From Phycisphaerae bacterium (GTDB taxonomy: Bacteria; Planctomycetota; Phycisphaerae; UBA1845; Fen-1342): a DNA stretch of 64,000 bases. A program made the translations under genes and the position numbers. Location of the stretch: contig CAXXWX010000026.1 of assembly GCA_963675745.2 (NCBI GenBank), positions 544,001 through 608,000 of the forward strand, in the 5' to 3' direction. Below, piece by piece: positions 19,151-29,476 of this stretch. Position 1 is the stretch's first letter; each line of letters starts with the position of its first letter. The notes below the pieces were generated by a model, which saw only the letters and a program-made list of their open reading frames with translations, was not told the DNA's origin and ran no database searches.

Positions 19151-20820
19151 GCTATCTGCTCGAAACTTTGGGACGCGGACTTCTGGGACGCATGCTGGAT
19201 GCGTTCGAAGAACACCTGCGCACCGTCACGGACGAAACGGTGGAGCAGGCGCGCGAGAGGCTTGCGGCTTCGCCGCGCTCGACCGATCTCGCGCTGCGCC
19301 TGGGCACGCTATGTTTGCGCGCCGGCCGGTTGAGTGAAGCGCATGACATGTTTCTACGCGTGTCACGCACCGACGCGACCTCGCGGACGGCGGTGCTGGG
19401 GTTGGCCTGCGTCAGCGATGATCGCGGCCGGCTCGACGAGGCGGAGCGCTACCTCTCCAGCGCCGCCGAGATTGACCCGACCGACCCGGCGATCAGATTC
19501 GCCCAGGGGTTTACCTGCGAACGGCGCGGCGACACCGCGTCAGCGCTCTCGTACTACCAGCACGCAATCGAGTTGCACCCCTACCTGCGCAACGCGTACC
19601 AGCGCATTGCGGCGATCGCCGTTGTCCAGGGCGATCTTGAGGCGGCGACAGACGCCTACCTGAGACTGTTGGACGTCGATCCCGAGGATCTCGAGACAAT
19701 GTTGACGGTGGCCACGCTGCACGTGCAGGCCAATGATCTACAGGAGGCGATCGATCTGTATCAGCGGGCGTTGCTGGTGCAGCCTCAGTGCGAAAGCGTG
19801 ATGAGCGAGGCGGAGCGTCTCACCGAGCAGGGCCACCTGGACGATGCCATCGCGGAGGTCGAGCAACTGGTGGGGCAATACCCCGGCGTGCCGGACTTCC
19901 ACATGCACTTGGGAGACATGTATGCCAAGGCCGGCCATGAGAGCCGCGCTTTGGATGAGTATCGCGCGGCGCTGGAATATCACCCCAATTTCCTGGAGGC
20001 CACGATCAAGCTCGGCACGCAACAGCTACGCCAGGGCATGCATTTTGATGCGGCCCAGTCGTTTGCGCGCGCGGTTGAGTTGAACGACCGGCTGATCACC
20101 GCATTCGTCGGCCTGGGTGTCGCGCAAGCCCACGCGGGATATGACGAAGAGGCCAATGCGACGTTCGACCTGGCGACCAGCCTCGAGCCGAACAGCACGC
20201 TGCTGTTCTCGGAAACGACGCGGCTGCGCTTGACGTCGCGCTTGGGTGATGAAGGTGACGCCGACCTGGCAACGGCCGCATCCGCGGAGCCGCGGGGCGT
20301 CGACGTGCTGAGCGATGCGGTTCGGCGTCACGAGCAATACCTGCTGCGCAACCCGAATGATGCCGCGCTGCACTACCGCTATGGCCTGCTGTTGCGCCAA
20401 TTCGGGCGCTACGAGGAGGCTATCGGGGCGTTTCGCAACGCCGTGCTGATCAGCCCACATTTCACGCTGGCGCTGATCAAGCTGGGCATCTCGTTGAAGG
20501 AGACCGGCCAGGCGGAAGACGCAACGGCCGTGTTCGGCCGCGCGATGACGCTCAGCCCGTACGACGCCGAGCTTCACTACGAGCTGGCCTTGCTGTTTGC
20601 GCAACGGAGCCGGTTTGACCTTGCCGTGGAGAGCTTTGCGCCTGTGTCATACGCCGGCGGGCGTGATGTTTCGCTGCGCGCCAATCTGGGGCTGGCGCTG
20701 CAGAACATCGGTATGCTGGACCGCGCTCGCGCAACCTGGCGATCCATCTGCGAACTCGCCGACGACACCGAGCCGCGCGGCATGACGCGCGAAGAGATTC
20801 TGCGTTCGCTCGAAGACTAG
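19147..20820 (+). CDS. Large all-TPR protein
   Basis: Many TPR motifs (FHMHLGDMYAKAG, ALHYRYGLLLRQFGRYEEAIGAFRNAVLISP). Confidence 0.9.
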   Translation: MSYLLETLGRGLLGRMLDAFEEHLRTVTDETVEQARERLAASPRSTDLALRLGTLCLRAGRLSEAHDMFLRVSRTDATSRTAVLGLACVSDDRGRLDEAERYLSSAAEIDPTDPAIRFAQGFTCERRGDTASALSYYQHAIELHPYLRNAYQRIAAIAVVQGDLEAATDAYLRLLDVDPEDLETMLTVATLHVQANDLQEAIDLYQRALLVQPQCESVMSEAERLTEQGHLDDAIAEVEQLVGQYPGVPDFHMHLGDMYAKAGHESRALDEYRAALEYHPNFLEATIKLGTQQLRQGMHFDAAQSFARAVELNDRLITAFVGLGVAQAHAGYDEEANATFDLATSLEPNSTLLFSETTRLRLTSRLGDEGDADLATAASAEPRGVDVLSDAVRRHEQYLLRNPNDAALHYRYGLLLRQFGRYEEAIGAFRNAVLISPHFTLALIKLGISLKETGQAEDATAVFGRAMTLSPYDAELHYELALLFAQRSRFDLAVESFAPVSYAGGRDVSLRANLGLALQNIGMLDRARATWRSICELADDTEPRGMTREEILRSLED

Positions 20821-20951
20821 CCCCTCCTCCCGGCGATCAAGCGCCCCTGCTCGGCTGGAACCGCAACGTACGCTATAGTGTCGATGATCAGCTCGCGCAG
20901 GTGGATTGTGCGCGCGGGTAGAGAAGCGACCTCGGATGAAAGGCATGGCGA

Positions 20952-21284
20952 ATGCGAACGGTGATCGTTTTGAATCACGACCAGATGGGACAGGGTGATC
21001 TCGAGCTCGGACAAAAGATTCTGGCGACGTTTCTGCGCAAGTCGATCAGCATCAAAAACGTGGCCGCGGTACTGCTCTACAACAGCGCCGTGCGGCTGAT
21101 TGTCTCCGGGTCGCCGGTGCTGGGGGAACTGGCACAGCTTCATGAGAACGGTGTGGACCTGCTGGCCTGCGGCACCTGCCTGGATCATTACGGCCTCCGC
21201 GAGTCAGTCGCCGTGGGGACAGTGGCCGGCATGGAAGACGTAGTGCGGGAGTTGGACCGCGCTGAGAAAGTGATCACTTTGTAG
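20952..21284 (+). CDS. DsrE-family protein (resembles C-terminal domain of selenium-metabolism YedF)
   Basis: MGQGDLELGQKIL, LYNSAVRL, LACGTCLDHYGL, VGTVAGM. Confidence 0.8.
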   Translation: MRTVIVLNHDQMGQGDLELGQKILATFLRKSISIKNVAAVLLYNSAVRLIVSGSPVLGELAQLHENGVDLLACGTCLDHYGLRESVAVGTVAGMEDVVRELDRAEKVITL

Positions 21285-21463
21285 CAGGCGTCAATTGGGG
21301 GCAATCGCGAGCAGGAAGTGCCCGGCGGGCGCAAGGTATGCGCGCGTGTGAAGGTCGCCCCGGCATCGTGTCAAAAACCTGAAATCCGCACATATCCCGT
21401 AAATAAGCCCGCGACAGTGGCTTAGCGTTGACCGCCGCGGTTTGCCCGGCGTGATCGGCGCGC

Positions 21464-21479
21464 TTGGCACACCATCTGC
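21464..21479 (+). promoter_or_regulatory. sigma54 (-24/-12) promoter upstream of flagellar operon
   Basis: TTGGCACACCATCTGC with exact GG-N10-GC spacing. Confidence 0.7.
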
Positions 21480-21557
21480 CAATCACTCGCGTACGGCGGT
21501 GCAGGCTTGCGCGATCGCAGCCTGCCCGTGGAAGTGTCCTGGTAGAGGAGTCGCCTG

Positions 21558-21815
21558 ATGCGGCGCGGCAAGTGCAGTGTGAATACCGTTGCGACGGGCG
21601 ATTGGTGTGAACTGGGGCGACGGGTGTTGTCCGAGGCGTCGCGTCTGGCCAAGGAGCAGGCCGCGTGGGCGACCTCCGGCGGACAACAAAGCGGATCGGC
21701 GGTTGTTACGAAGTGGACCACGGATGGTCATGAGAGCCAGCCGGCTTTCACCGAACCGCACTCCGAGGTGACAGCGCCCGTCGCCCGGCCTCTTCAGCGG
21801 GAAGCCCGGTCATGA
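21558..21815 (+). CDS. Small hypothetical protein translationally coupled to flgF
   Basis: GAGGAG RBS 7 nt upstream of ATG; stop overlaps flgF start (ATGA). Confidence 0.5.
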   Translation: MRRGKCSVNTVATGDWCELGRRVLSEASRLAKEQAAWATSGGQQSGSAVVTKWTTDGHESQPAFTEPHSEVTAPVARPLQREARS

Positions 21816-22561
21816 TCTATGGGCTGTATCACTCGGCGGCAGGCATGCTGACTAACGAGTATCGTCAGAGCGTCACCGCCAATAACCTGGCGAACGCCGA
21901 CACGGTCGGGTTCAAGCGGGACATCGCGACCTTCGCGGAACGTGTGCCCGCTCGCACGGCGGGTGTGCGGCGCGGCCCCAGCAACGCCGACCTGGCGGGC
22001 CTCTCGGGCGGCATGTGGCTGGGGCAGACTCAGACCAGCTTCGCCGACGGGCCGAACACGCGAACCGGCCATCATACGGACGTGGCCCTGGTCGGGCCCG
22101 GCTTTTTGATGGTGGATAAGAACGGCGAGACGTTGTTGACGCGTGACGGTCGCATGATGGTTGACCAGGACGGGCACCTGCTGGCGGCCAGCGATGGCGC
22201 GGCGGTGCTCGGAGCGGGCGGCACGCCGATCAGGGTCAACCCGCGCGGGGGCGAGCTATCCGTTGATGAAGAGGGCCACGTCATGCAGGGCGGGGTGCGC
22301 GTGGCGCAACTGGCGATGACCGACGTCGACAGTTACGACAAGCTGCGCAAGGCCGGGGCCGGTCGTTTCACATTCGACAGCGATGACCTCACCCCGACAG
22401 CGGCACGCATTCGGCACGGATTCATCGAGCAGTCGGCGGTGGAGCCGGTTAAGGAACTCGTGAACATGATCGAGGCCGCACGCGCGTATCAGATTAACGC
22501 GCAGATGGTCTCGCTTCAGGATCAGTCAATTTCCCGTTTGCTCAACTTCGCGGCGGTCTAG
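21812..22561 (+). CDS. flgF: Flagellar basal-body rod protein FlgF
   Basis: ANNLANADTVGFK, TRDG, SAVEPVKELVNMIEAARAYQIN; precedes flgG. Confidence 0.88.
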   Translation: MIYGLYHSAAGMLTNEYRQSVTANNLANADTVGFKRDIATFAERVPARTAGVRRGPSNADLAGLSGGMWLGQTQTSFADGPNTRTGHHTDVALVGPGFLMVDKNGETLLTRDGRMMVDQDGHLLAASDGAAVLGAGGTPIRVNPRGGELSVDEEGHVMQGGVRVAQLAMTDVDSYDKLRKAGAGRFTFDSDDLTPTAARIRHGFIEQSAVEPVKELVNMIEAARAYQINAQMVSLQDQSISRLLNFAAV

Positions 22562-22642
22562 CGGCGCGCGGCAGAGCAGACCCTCGGTTGGTCCCTGTGG
22601 GCCGCCGGGGGCGCGACGGATCAAGGTGGAGGTAGCCGGCAC

Positions 22643-23440
22643 ATGGCGATCATGGCGCTTCATACCGCGGCGACGGGGATGCAGGCCCTGTCAACCAAGA
22701 TCGATGTGATTGCAAACAACATCGCGAACGCCGACACGGTGGGCTACAAGTCCTCGCGGGCCAATTTCCAGGACCTGCTCTACCAGATCCGTGACCAGCC
22801 GGGCGTACAGACCAGCACCGAGACCAACTCCCCGCTGGGTACACAGATCGGGCTGGGAGTGACGGTCAGCAACACGCAGGTGCTGTTCAAGCAGGGCTCG
22901 GCGATGCCCACCGGCAACCCGCTCGACGTGATGATCCACGGCGATGGGTTCTTTCAGGTTGAACTGCCCGGCGGCGGAACCGGCTACACCCGCGCCGGCA
23001 ATTTCGTCGCCAACTCCGACGGCGAGCTCGTGCTGGGCAACAGCTTTGGGTACCGGCTGGTCGACAGCCCGACCATTCCGGACGACGCACCGCGCGACGC
23101 GGTGAGCATCTCTTCAAACGGTCAGATTACGGTAACGCGCGAGGGAACCACCGAGGAGCTCGGCACGATTGCGCTGGTTCGTTTCATCAACCCCGACGGG
23201 CTGCTCCAGGATGGTGCCAACATATTCCTGCAAAGCGCATCTTCGGGCGAACCCATCGAGGGCGAGCCCGGCGAGAACGGTATGGGGCTATTGCAGGGCG
23301 GCCACCTGGAGCTCAGCACCACCGAAGCCGTCACCGAACTGGTCGAGCTGATCAAAACGCAGCGCGTCTTTCAGATGAACTCACAGTCGATCCAATCGGC
23401 GGACGAGGCGTTGCAGGTTGTCGCCAACCTGAGGCGGTAG
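22643..23440 (+). CDS. flgG: Flagellar basal-body rod protein FlgG
   Basis: IANNIANADTVGYKSSRANFQDLLYQ, YTRAGNF, ELVELIKTQR. Confidence 0.93.
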   Translation: MAIMALHTAATGMQALSTKIDVIANNIANADTVGYKSSRANFQDLLYQIRDQPGVQTSTETNSPLGTQIGLGVTVSNTQVLFKQGSAMPTGNPLDVMIHGDGFFQVELPGGGTGYTRAGNFVANSDGELVLGNSFGYRLVDSPTIPDDAPRDAVSISSNGQITVTREGTTEELGTIALVRFINPDGLLQDGANIFLQSASSGEPIEGEPGENGMGLLQGGHLELSTTEAVTELVELIKTQRVFQMNSQSIQSADEALQVVANLRR

Positions 23441-23478
23441 GTGGCCATGACCCCGGTTAACGCTCTGGAGAGCGGATC

Positions 23479-24549
23479 ATGATGCGATGGATAAGTGCGG
23501 TACTGGTGGTGACGGCGGTTGGAGCCGCGGCCGCCAATGATGTGTTGGTGCCACAGACTTCACGGATCAAGCTGCGGCCGCAGGCGAGCGCGCGTGCGGA
23601 CGCCGCCACGTTTGCCAACGTGCTTGACTTGAGTCAAGCCGATCCGTTGCTGGTTGAGGCGATCGGCGAGAAGTCCGTGTTTGCCGTGCCGCCGGCGTAC
23701 GGAACGGTGGAATTGTCTCACGATCAGATTGTCGCGCGCCTGGCGTCGCTGGGTGTGAACCGGGCGCGCGTACTGGTACATGGCGCGCTGGTCTGTCACG
23801 TGACGATCGAGCCGGCAAACTCAGATATCGAGGTGCTCTCCGAACACCCGGAAGCGCGGGCGGCGATGGGCGCACCGCTGGTGCGTCCAGCCGCCACGCC
23901 CGATGGCCGGACGGCCACGCTGGCAGATGTAGTAAAAAGCAGGCTGCGGCATGAGCTGGCATCGGACGGTGGTGACGTCGATGTGCAGTTCGAGCGCGGC
24001 AGCGAGCAATACGTCGCATTGACCACGCCGCCCTACGACTTTGTCGTGCGCAGCGTCGGTAAGGACAAACTCGGGATGCGCGAACTGCGTGTGCTGATCC
24101 GTCGCGAAAAGCAGGCGCAACGCACGGTGCCCCTGTTTGTCAATGTACGGCTGGTGAAGCCCGTCGTCGTGGCACGCGAACCGCTGAACGTCGGTGCCAC
24201 CGTGCACCCCGAAGATGTCATGCTCGAAAAACGCGTGTTTGACGAGACCGAGGAGACCGGATTCGACTCGCCCTCCGTGGTTATCGGGCAACAGGTCAAG
24301 CGGTATGTGGCGCCGGGCGCGATGGTCGGGCGTCAGGATCTCACGGCGGTTGATCTGGTGCGGCGCTCGCGCCCGGTGACGCTGCTGGGTGGGGCCGGAG
24401 GCGTGAGCGCACAGCTTACCGGGGTGGCCCTCGAATCCGGCAGCTTCGGCGAGACGGTGCGCGTACGCATCGGGAGCATGCACAAGAGCCGCCGTGAACT
24501 GCGCGGCGTGGTTACGGGCGTGGGGACGGTTCGGATCATCCAGCAATGA
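23479..24549 (+). CDS. flgA: Flagellar P-ring formation chaperone FlgA
   Basis: Signal peptide; SAF-like VVVAREPLNVG; ALESGSFGETVRVR; position between flgG and flgH. Confidence 0.85.
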   Translation: MMRWISAVLVVTAVGAAAANDVLVPQTSRIKLRPQASARADAATFANVLDLSQADPLLVEAIGEKSVFAVPPAYGTVELSHDQIVARLASLGVNRARVLVHGALVCHVTIEPANSDIEVLSEHPEARAAMGAPLVRPAATPDGRTATLADVVKSRLRHELASDGGDVDVQFERGSEQYVALTTPPYDFVVRSVGKDKLGMRELRVLIRREKQAQRTVPLFVNVRLVKPVVVAREPLNVGATVHPEDVMLEKRVFDETEETGFDSPSVVIGQQVKRYVAPGAMVGRQDLTAVDLVRRSRPVTLLGGAGGVSAQLTGVALESGSFGETVRVRIGSMHKSRRELRGVVTGVGTVRIIQQ

Positions 24550-24586
24550 CGGCCGCCGCAAGTTGGCGATGAATGGAGAACACGTG

Positions 24587-25381
24587 ATGCGTTACACATG
24601 TGCCTTACTCGTGGTGGTGGCGTGCGGCGTCACCGCTGTGGCGCAGAACAACTCACTGTTCAATGCCAGCCCCGGGCCGGCGGCTCCGATGGGACCGGCG
24701 ACGACCGTCGAAGAGCCGACGCGCGCTGCGGTGAGCACGGAGCTGATTCCGATCAACGTGCCGCAGCCGGTGATGTCAGCGCGGCAACGCACAGCCGATG
24801 AGAGCTCGAAAAACGTCCAGAACGCCACGCTGCTGGCGATTTCGCCGATCACGGTGGCCGCGCCCGAACCGAAGAAGCTCCAGGTTAATGACTTCGTGAC
24901 GGTGATCGTGCGCCAGACGATGGACCGCAGCTCGGATGCCACGTTGAAATCCGAGAAGGACTGGAAGGTCAAGTCGCAGCTCTCGGAGTTCTTCAGACTT
25001 AACGAAGAGAATCACCTGATCCCGCAGACGTTCGCGGACGGCAAGCCGGGTGTCGAGTTTGACTTCGACAACGAATACGAGGGCAAGGGCAAGAGCTCAC
25101 GTAAGGACTCGCTCACCACGCGCATTACCGCGCGGGTCCTCGATATCAAGCCCAACGGCACGCTGGTGATCGAAGCCAAGAACCGGATCAAGAGCGGTGA
25201 AGAGGAGTACATCATCACCTTGACCGGCGAGTGTCGCAGTGAAGACGTCAGTGCCCAGAACACGGTGCTCAGCACGCAGGTCTACAACCTCGACCTGGTG
25301 CACGAACCAACCGGCGCGGTGCGCGACGCAGCGCGGCGCGGCTGGCTGATGCGCGCCTTTGACCTGCTGAGACCGTTGTAA
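24587..25381 (+). CDS. flgH: Flagellar L-ring protein FlgH
   Basis: VNDFVTVIV, ITARVLDIKPNGTLVIE, NTVLS, RGWL; start 24587 has RBS GGAG. Confidence 0.9.
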   Translation: MRYTCALLVVVACGVTAVAQNNSLFNASPGPAAPMGPATTVEEPTRAAVSTELIPINVPQPVMSARQRTADESSKNVQNATLLAISPITVAAPEPKKLQVNDFVTVIVRQTMDRSSDATLKSEKDWKVKSQLSEFFRLNEENHLIPQTFADGKPGVEFDFDNEYEGKGKSSRKDSLTTRITARVLDIKPNGTLVIEAKNRIKSGEEEYIITLTGECRSEDVSAQNTVLSTQVYNLDLVHEPTGAVRDAARRGWLMRAFDLLRPL

Positions 25382-25541
25382 GTCACATGCGTAGCGGCCG
25401 ACCCCCGAGTCGGCCGTGGCGCAGAGAGGGTGCGAGTCGGCCGCAAGACGTTCGCCTCGGGGGGCGGACACTACAGGTGACCGTGGCCGGCAGCGGGTGT
25501 TGACGACCTAGAAGAGATGCCGCGTTGGAGACAGGCACGTC

Positions 25542-26657
25542 ATGCGAGTGAAACGAGAAACGGTGACGGCAATGATCGCCGCGGCGGCGTTGGTGGCGGT
25601 GGCGGCGGGCGAAGTCCTGGTCCAGGATATCGCGCATCTTCAAGGCGAACACGTCAACCGCCTGATGGGTTATGGCCTGGTGGTGGGGCTCAACGGGACC
25701 GGCGACGGTGGGAAGAACCCGCGCACACTGCGGGCGCTCGCGGCACTGCACCAGCGCTACGAACAGAACATCCTGGCGCTCGAGGAACTCGAAAACGACA
25801 AGAACGTTGCGATGGTCATTGTCGAGGTGGAGACGCCAAAGCTCGGCTGGCGTTCGGGAGAGCGGCTGGATGTGGTGGTTTCGGCGCTAGGAGCCAAGAG
25901 CCTGGTCGGCGGACAACTCCTGACGGCGCCGCTGCAAGTGGCCCCCCTTCCCAAGAACGCCCCCCCCACACTGGCGCGCATCTGGGCCCTGGCTGGCGGC
26001 AAGATCGAGGTCGACCCGAAATCAGCGCCCACGCGCGGGATCATCCGGGGCGGCGCCGTGATGGAGGCTGACAACTACCACAGTTTCATCCGCGATCACT
26101 ACATGACACTCATCCTGGACGACGCGCGGGCCGGCTTCCCGCTCGCCCAGATGGTCGCACGCGCCATCAATCAGGAAACCGCCGATCCCGGCGTCGGCGG
26201 GATTTACGAGCGCGGCGAAGACGGCCAACTCGTCGTGCAGCAAGACGTGGCGTTCGCCGTCAGCCCAAAAGAAGTGCGGGTGATGATACCTTCATACGAG
26301 GCGAGCCAGCCGGCGAACTTCATCAGCCGTGTTCTGCAAACACCCCTCTTCACCATGCCCAAGCAGCAGGCGCGCGTGACGATCAACCGGCGCACCAACC
26401 ACATCGTCATGACCGGGACCGTGAGCATCCTGCCAACGGTTGTACAGATCCCCGGACTGGGCACAGTCGCCGTCGGCGGTGAACAGGGAGCCGGCGGCGT
26501 CGTGGGCATGACGACCGAGGAAGCCGATTCAGTCGAGTTTCAGCAACTGCTGACGACGCTCCAGCAACTGCAACTCGACGCCGAGCAGACCGTCAGCGTG
26601 ATCGAGCAGTTGCACCGCGCCGGCACGCTACAGGCCCAACTAATCTACACGGAGTAG
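25542..26657 (+). CDS. flgI: Flagellar P-ring protein FlgI
   Basis: NRLMGYGLVVGLNGTGD, KNVAMVIV, AKSLVGGQL, AGTLQAQL. Confidence 0.92.
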   Translation: MRVKRETVTAMIAAAALVAVAAGEVLVQDIAHLQGEHVNRLMGYGLVVGLNGTGDGGKNPRTLRALAALHQRYEQNILALEELENDKNVAMVIVEVETPKLGWRSGERLDVVVSALGAKSLVGGQLLTAPLQVAPLPKNAPPTLARIWALAGGKIEVDPKSAPTRGIIRGGAVMEADNYHSFIRDHYMTLILDDARAGFPLAQMVARAINQETADPGVGGIYERGEDGQLVVQQDVAFAVSPKEVRVMIPSYEASQPANFISRVLQTPLFTMPKQQARVTINRRTNHIVMTGTVSILPTVVQIPGLGTVAVGGEQGAGGVVGMTTEEADSVEFQQLLTTLQQLQLDAEQTVSVIEQLHRAGTLQAQLIYTE

Positions 26658-26666
26658 GACGCAGCG

Positions 26667-27128
26667 ATGGCAATCAGCGCAATCAGCGACAGCACATGCG
26701 CCAACAGCCCGGCGATCATCAGCAGCGCCGGCTCACAGCAGCGGCTGCGCAGCCTGCTCAGCGTCGCCGGACACGGGACGAGGCTCATCAGCGATGGAGA
26801 CATCCAGAACGCGGCGGCGTTGCTCGTCTCGGAGATGGCCTTCAAACCGATGCTGGAGGAGATGCGCAAAACCAAGTTCGGAAGCGCATTCCTCGACGGA
26901 GGGCGAACGGAGGAGATATTCGGCCAGCAGCTTGATGAGCGCATGGCGGACATCGCTGCGCGCTCGGGGCGCAACGGGATGATGGAGCAAATCGCGCGTG
27001 TACTCACGCCGCGGCCCGAACGACTCGGGACCGATAGCGACGAGCCGCGGGCTTCAACCAGCGCGGCCACATATTCGCAGGGCGTCGGCGAGAACGCGCG
27101 CGCTGATTCAGTAAGGGTGCTGGCATGA
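26667..27128 (+). CDS. flgJ: Rod-binding protein (FlgJ N-terminal-like, no hydrolase domain)
   Basis: PMLEEMRK...GGRTEEIFGQQLDERMA; synteny after flgI. Confidence 0.7.
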   Translation: MAISAISDSTCANSPAIISSAGSQQRLRSLLSVAGHGTRLISDGDIQNAAALLVSEMAFKPMLEEMRKTKFGSAFLDGGRTEEIFGQQLDERMADIAARSGRNGMMEQIARVLTPRPERLGTDSDEPRASTSAATYSQGVGENARADSVRVLA

Positions 27129-27676
27129 GACGGACAACGGGAACCCCCCGGGTTGTTGATACCGCGGCGAACAGTGATTCTCCAGCGAGCGAGTTGGTAC
27201 GTTGCCTGGCCGACACGCAAACGCAGCTCCGGGAGTTGCTGAGAATCGCCAGGGATAAGCTCGAGGCGATGCGGACGGCGGATGTTGCGACGCTGAACGC
27301 CTGCACTCGGAGCGAGGTTGATCTGCTCCAGCGTGTCTATCGCGGTGAACAGCAAAGGAACGCAGTTGTTGCGCGCCTGGCGCAGACTCTGCCGGGCGGG
27401 CGCAGGCGTGAACTCTCGCTCAATCAGATCGCGGGGCAGTCGCCCGAGCCGGTTCGATCGCGATTGCAGGCCCAAATCGCCGGTTTGCGCACCGCCGCCA
27501 CGGAACTCAAGCGAGAAAACGATCTGAATTCGCGTGTGGCACGCGACCTGCAAAGGCACATCCGCGGCGTGTTCTCAGCCTTGGGCAACGCACGCCGCGA
27601 GACGGCGGTGTATGGCCAGGATGGCCAGCACCACAGATCGAGTAAGTCGCAGATGATCTTGGACGCGACGGGATAA
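27125..27676 (+). CDS. flgN: Flagellar export chaperone FlgN
   Basis: Helical protein, ELKRENDLNSRV...VYGQDG...ILDATG; directly before flgK. Confidence 0.78.
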   Translation: MRRTTGTPRVVDTAANSDSPASELVRCLADTQTQLRELLRIARDKLEAMRTADVATLNACTRSEVDLLQRVYRGEQQRNAVVARLAQTLPGGRRRELSLNQIAGQSPEPVRSRLQAQIAGLRTAATELKRENDLNSRVARDLQRHIRGVFSALGNARRETAVYGQDGQHHRSSKSQMILDATG

Positions 27677-27681
27677 TCAGA

Positions 27682-29445
27682 GTGGCTGGAATCGGGAACT
27701 CATTACAGATCGGGCGCAGCGCGTTGGCGGCGTATCAGGCGGCGATTTCCATCGTCGGCCAGAACATCGCGAACGTTGGCAATCCAGACTATACGCGCCA
27801 GACCGGGCGGATGATGCCGATTTCGGGTAATCGCGGCGTGGACGGTCCCGCCGGGGGTGTTGGGGCCGGCGTCCAGTTGTCCGCGCTCGAACGCCACATG
27901 GATGTCGCGCTCGAGGAGCGGCTGCGCGATGCAAACAGCACGCGGGCGGCGGCGGAGACGCGTTACGGCTACCTGAGCCAGATCGAAACGCTCTACAACG
28001 AGTTGAGCGATAGCGACCTTTCGACCCTGCTCAGCGAGCTTTACGGCGCGTTTGGCGCCTTGCAGTCAGACTCCGAAGACGCTGGCTTGCGCGACATCGC
28101 GCTGGCGGCCGCTGATGCGGTAGTCCGGACGATCCACCAACAGCGCGACGGACTGGCCCAGTTGATCGGGCAGATGAATAACGCCGCCGAACTCGCGGTC
28201 GAGCAGGTGAATTCACTCTGTGGCGAGATCGCCGAGCTCAACGAGATGATTGTCGAACAGGAATCGGACGGCCAGCAATCGGCCAGCGCCTTGCGCGATC
28301 GGCGCGACACGCTGTTGCGCGATTTGTCGGACCTGATGGACGTCAATGTTCGCTACCAGGAGAACGGGACGGCGAACGTCTATGCGGGCAGCTCGGCGTT
28401 GGTGGAGTTCAATCGTCCGCGGACACTGGAGGTCGACCGGGACTTCCACGAGGGCTTTGAGGTCGCCGAGGTGCGGTTCACCGACGACCGGAGCATCGCC
28501 GTGTTCAGTGCCGGTGAGTTGGCAGGCATCGTCAACACGCGTGACGAACAGATCGTCGACCAGATTGAGCGGCTCGACCAGCTCGCCAACGGCGTGATCT
28601 ATGAAACCAACCGCGTACACTCGACCGGCGTGGGGCTGGTGGGCCGCACGCAGGCTCACGGTACCTACGACGTACTCGACGCGGACGCGGTCCTGAACTC
28701 GGATGCCGCGGGCCTGCCCTTCGCGGTCAGCAACGGGACCTTCATCGTCAACGTGCGCAACGAGCTGTCGGGCGAGACGATCACGCGGCAGATCGAAGTC
28801 GACCTCGACGGCATCGGCCAGGCTGTGCAGGTGCAGGATCCGGTCACAGGCGCGCTGGTCTGGCAGGGTGGCGACACGACGCTGCGCAGTCTGGCCGCCG
28901 CGCTCGATGCCGTGGACGGGCTGAGCGCGTCAGTCAGCTCCGACCTGTGTCTGGACATCGAGGCCGATGCCGGCGCGGAATTCTGGTTCTCGGATGATTC
29001 TTCGGGCGCCCTGGCGGCGCTGGGGATTAACTCGCTGTTCGAGGGAACCAACGCCGCCAATATCGAGGTCAGCGATGAAGTCGTGGCCGACGCGCGCCTG
29101 GTCGCCGCGTCGATGAACGGCCAGATCGGCGACGGGGACAACGCGGGCCGGCTGTCCGTCCTCGGCGGCGAGAGCAGCGCGCTCTATGGCAACATGAGCG
29201 CCGAGGACTTTCACGATCGGATGATCGGCGATCTCGCGGTGCAGACGGCCGCGGCGTTGACCGAACACGAAGCCTCCAGCGCCGTACACGCGGGACTGAA
29301 TGCCCAGCGTGAGGCAATCAGCGGCGTGAGCCTGGATGAGGAGGCGATTCGGCTTTCCACATATGAACGTTCGTTCCAGGGAGCGAGTCGCTTTCTGAAC
29401 GTGGTGAATGACCTGACGGATGAGCTGCTGGGGCTGCTGAACTAG
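27682..29445 (+). CDS. flgK: Flagellar hook-associated protein FlgK
   Basis: GQNIANVGNPDYTRQ, LRDRRD, SGVSLDEEAIRL. Confidence 0.93.
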   Translation: MAGIGNSLQIGRSALAAYQAAISIVGQNIANVGNPDYTRQTGRMMPISGNRGVDGPAGGVGAGVQLSALERHMDVALEERLRDANSTRAAAETRYGYLSQIETLYNELSDSDLSTLLSELYGAFGALQSDSEDAGLRDIALAAADAVVRTIHQQRDGLAQLIGQMNNAAELAVEQVNSLCGEIAELNEMIVEQESDGQQSASALRDRRDTLLRDLSDLMDVNVRYQENGTANVYAGSSALVEFNRPRTLEVDRDFHEGFEVAEVRFTDDRSIAVFSAGELAGIVNTRDEQIVDQIERLDQLANGVIYETNRVHSTGVGLVGRTQAHGTYDVLDADAVLNSDAAGLPFAVSNGTFIVNVRNELSGETITRQIEVDLDGIGQAVQVQDPVTGALVWQGGDTTLRSLAAALDAVDGLSASVSSDLCLDIEADAGAEFWFSDDSSGALAALGINSLFEGTNAANIEVSDEVVADARLVAASMNGQIGDGDNAGRLSVLGGESSALYGNMSAEDFHDRMIGDLAVQTAAALTEHEASSAVHAGLNAQREAISGVSLDEEAIRLSTYERSFQGASRFLNVVNDLTDELLGLLN

Positions 29446-29476
29446 CCGGCCCGGCCGCGAAGATGAAGCTCTGGAA

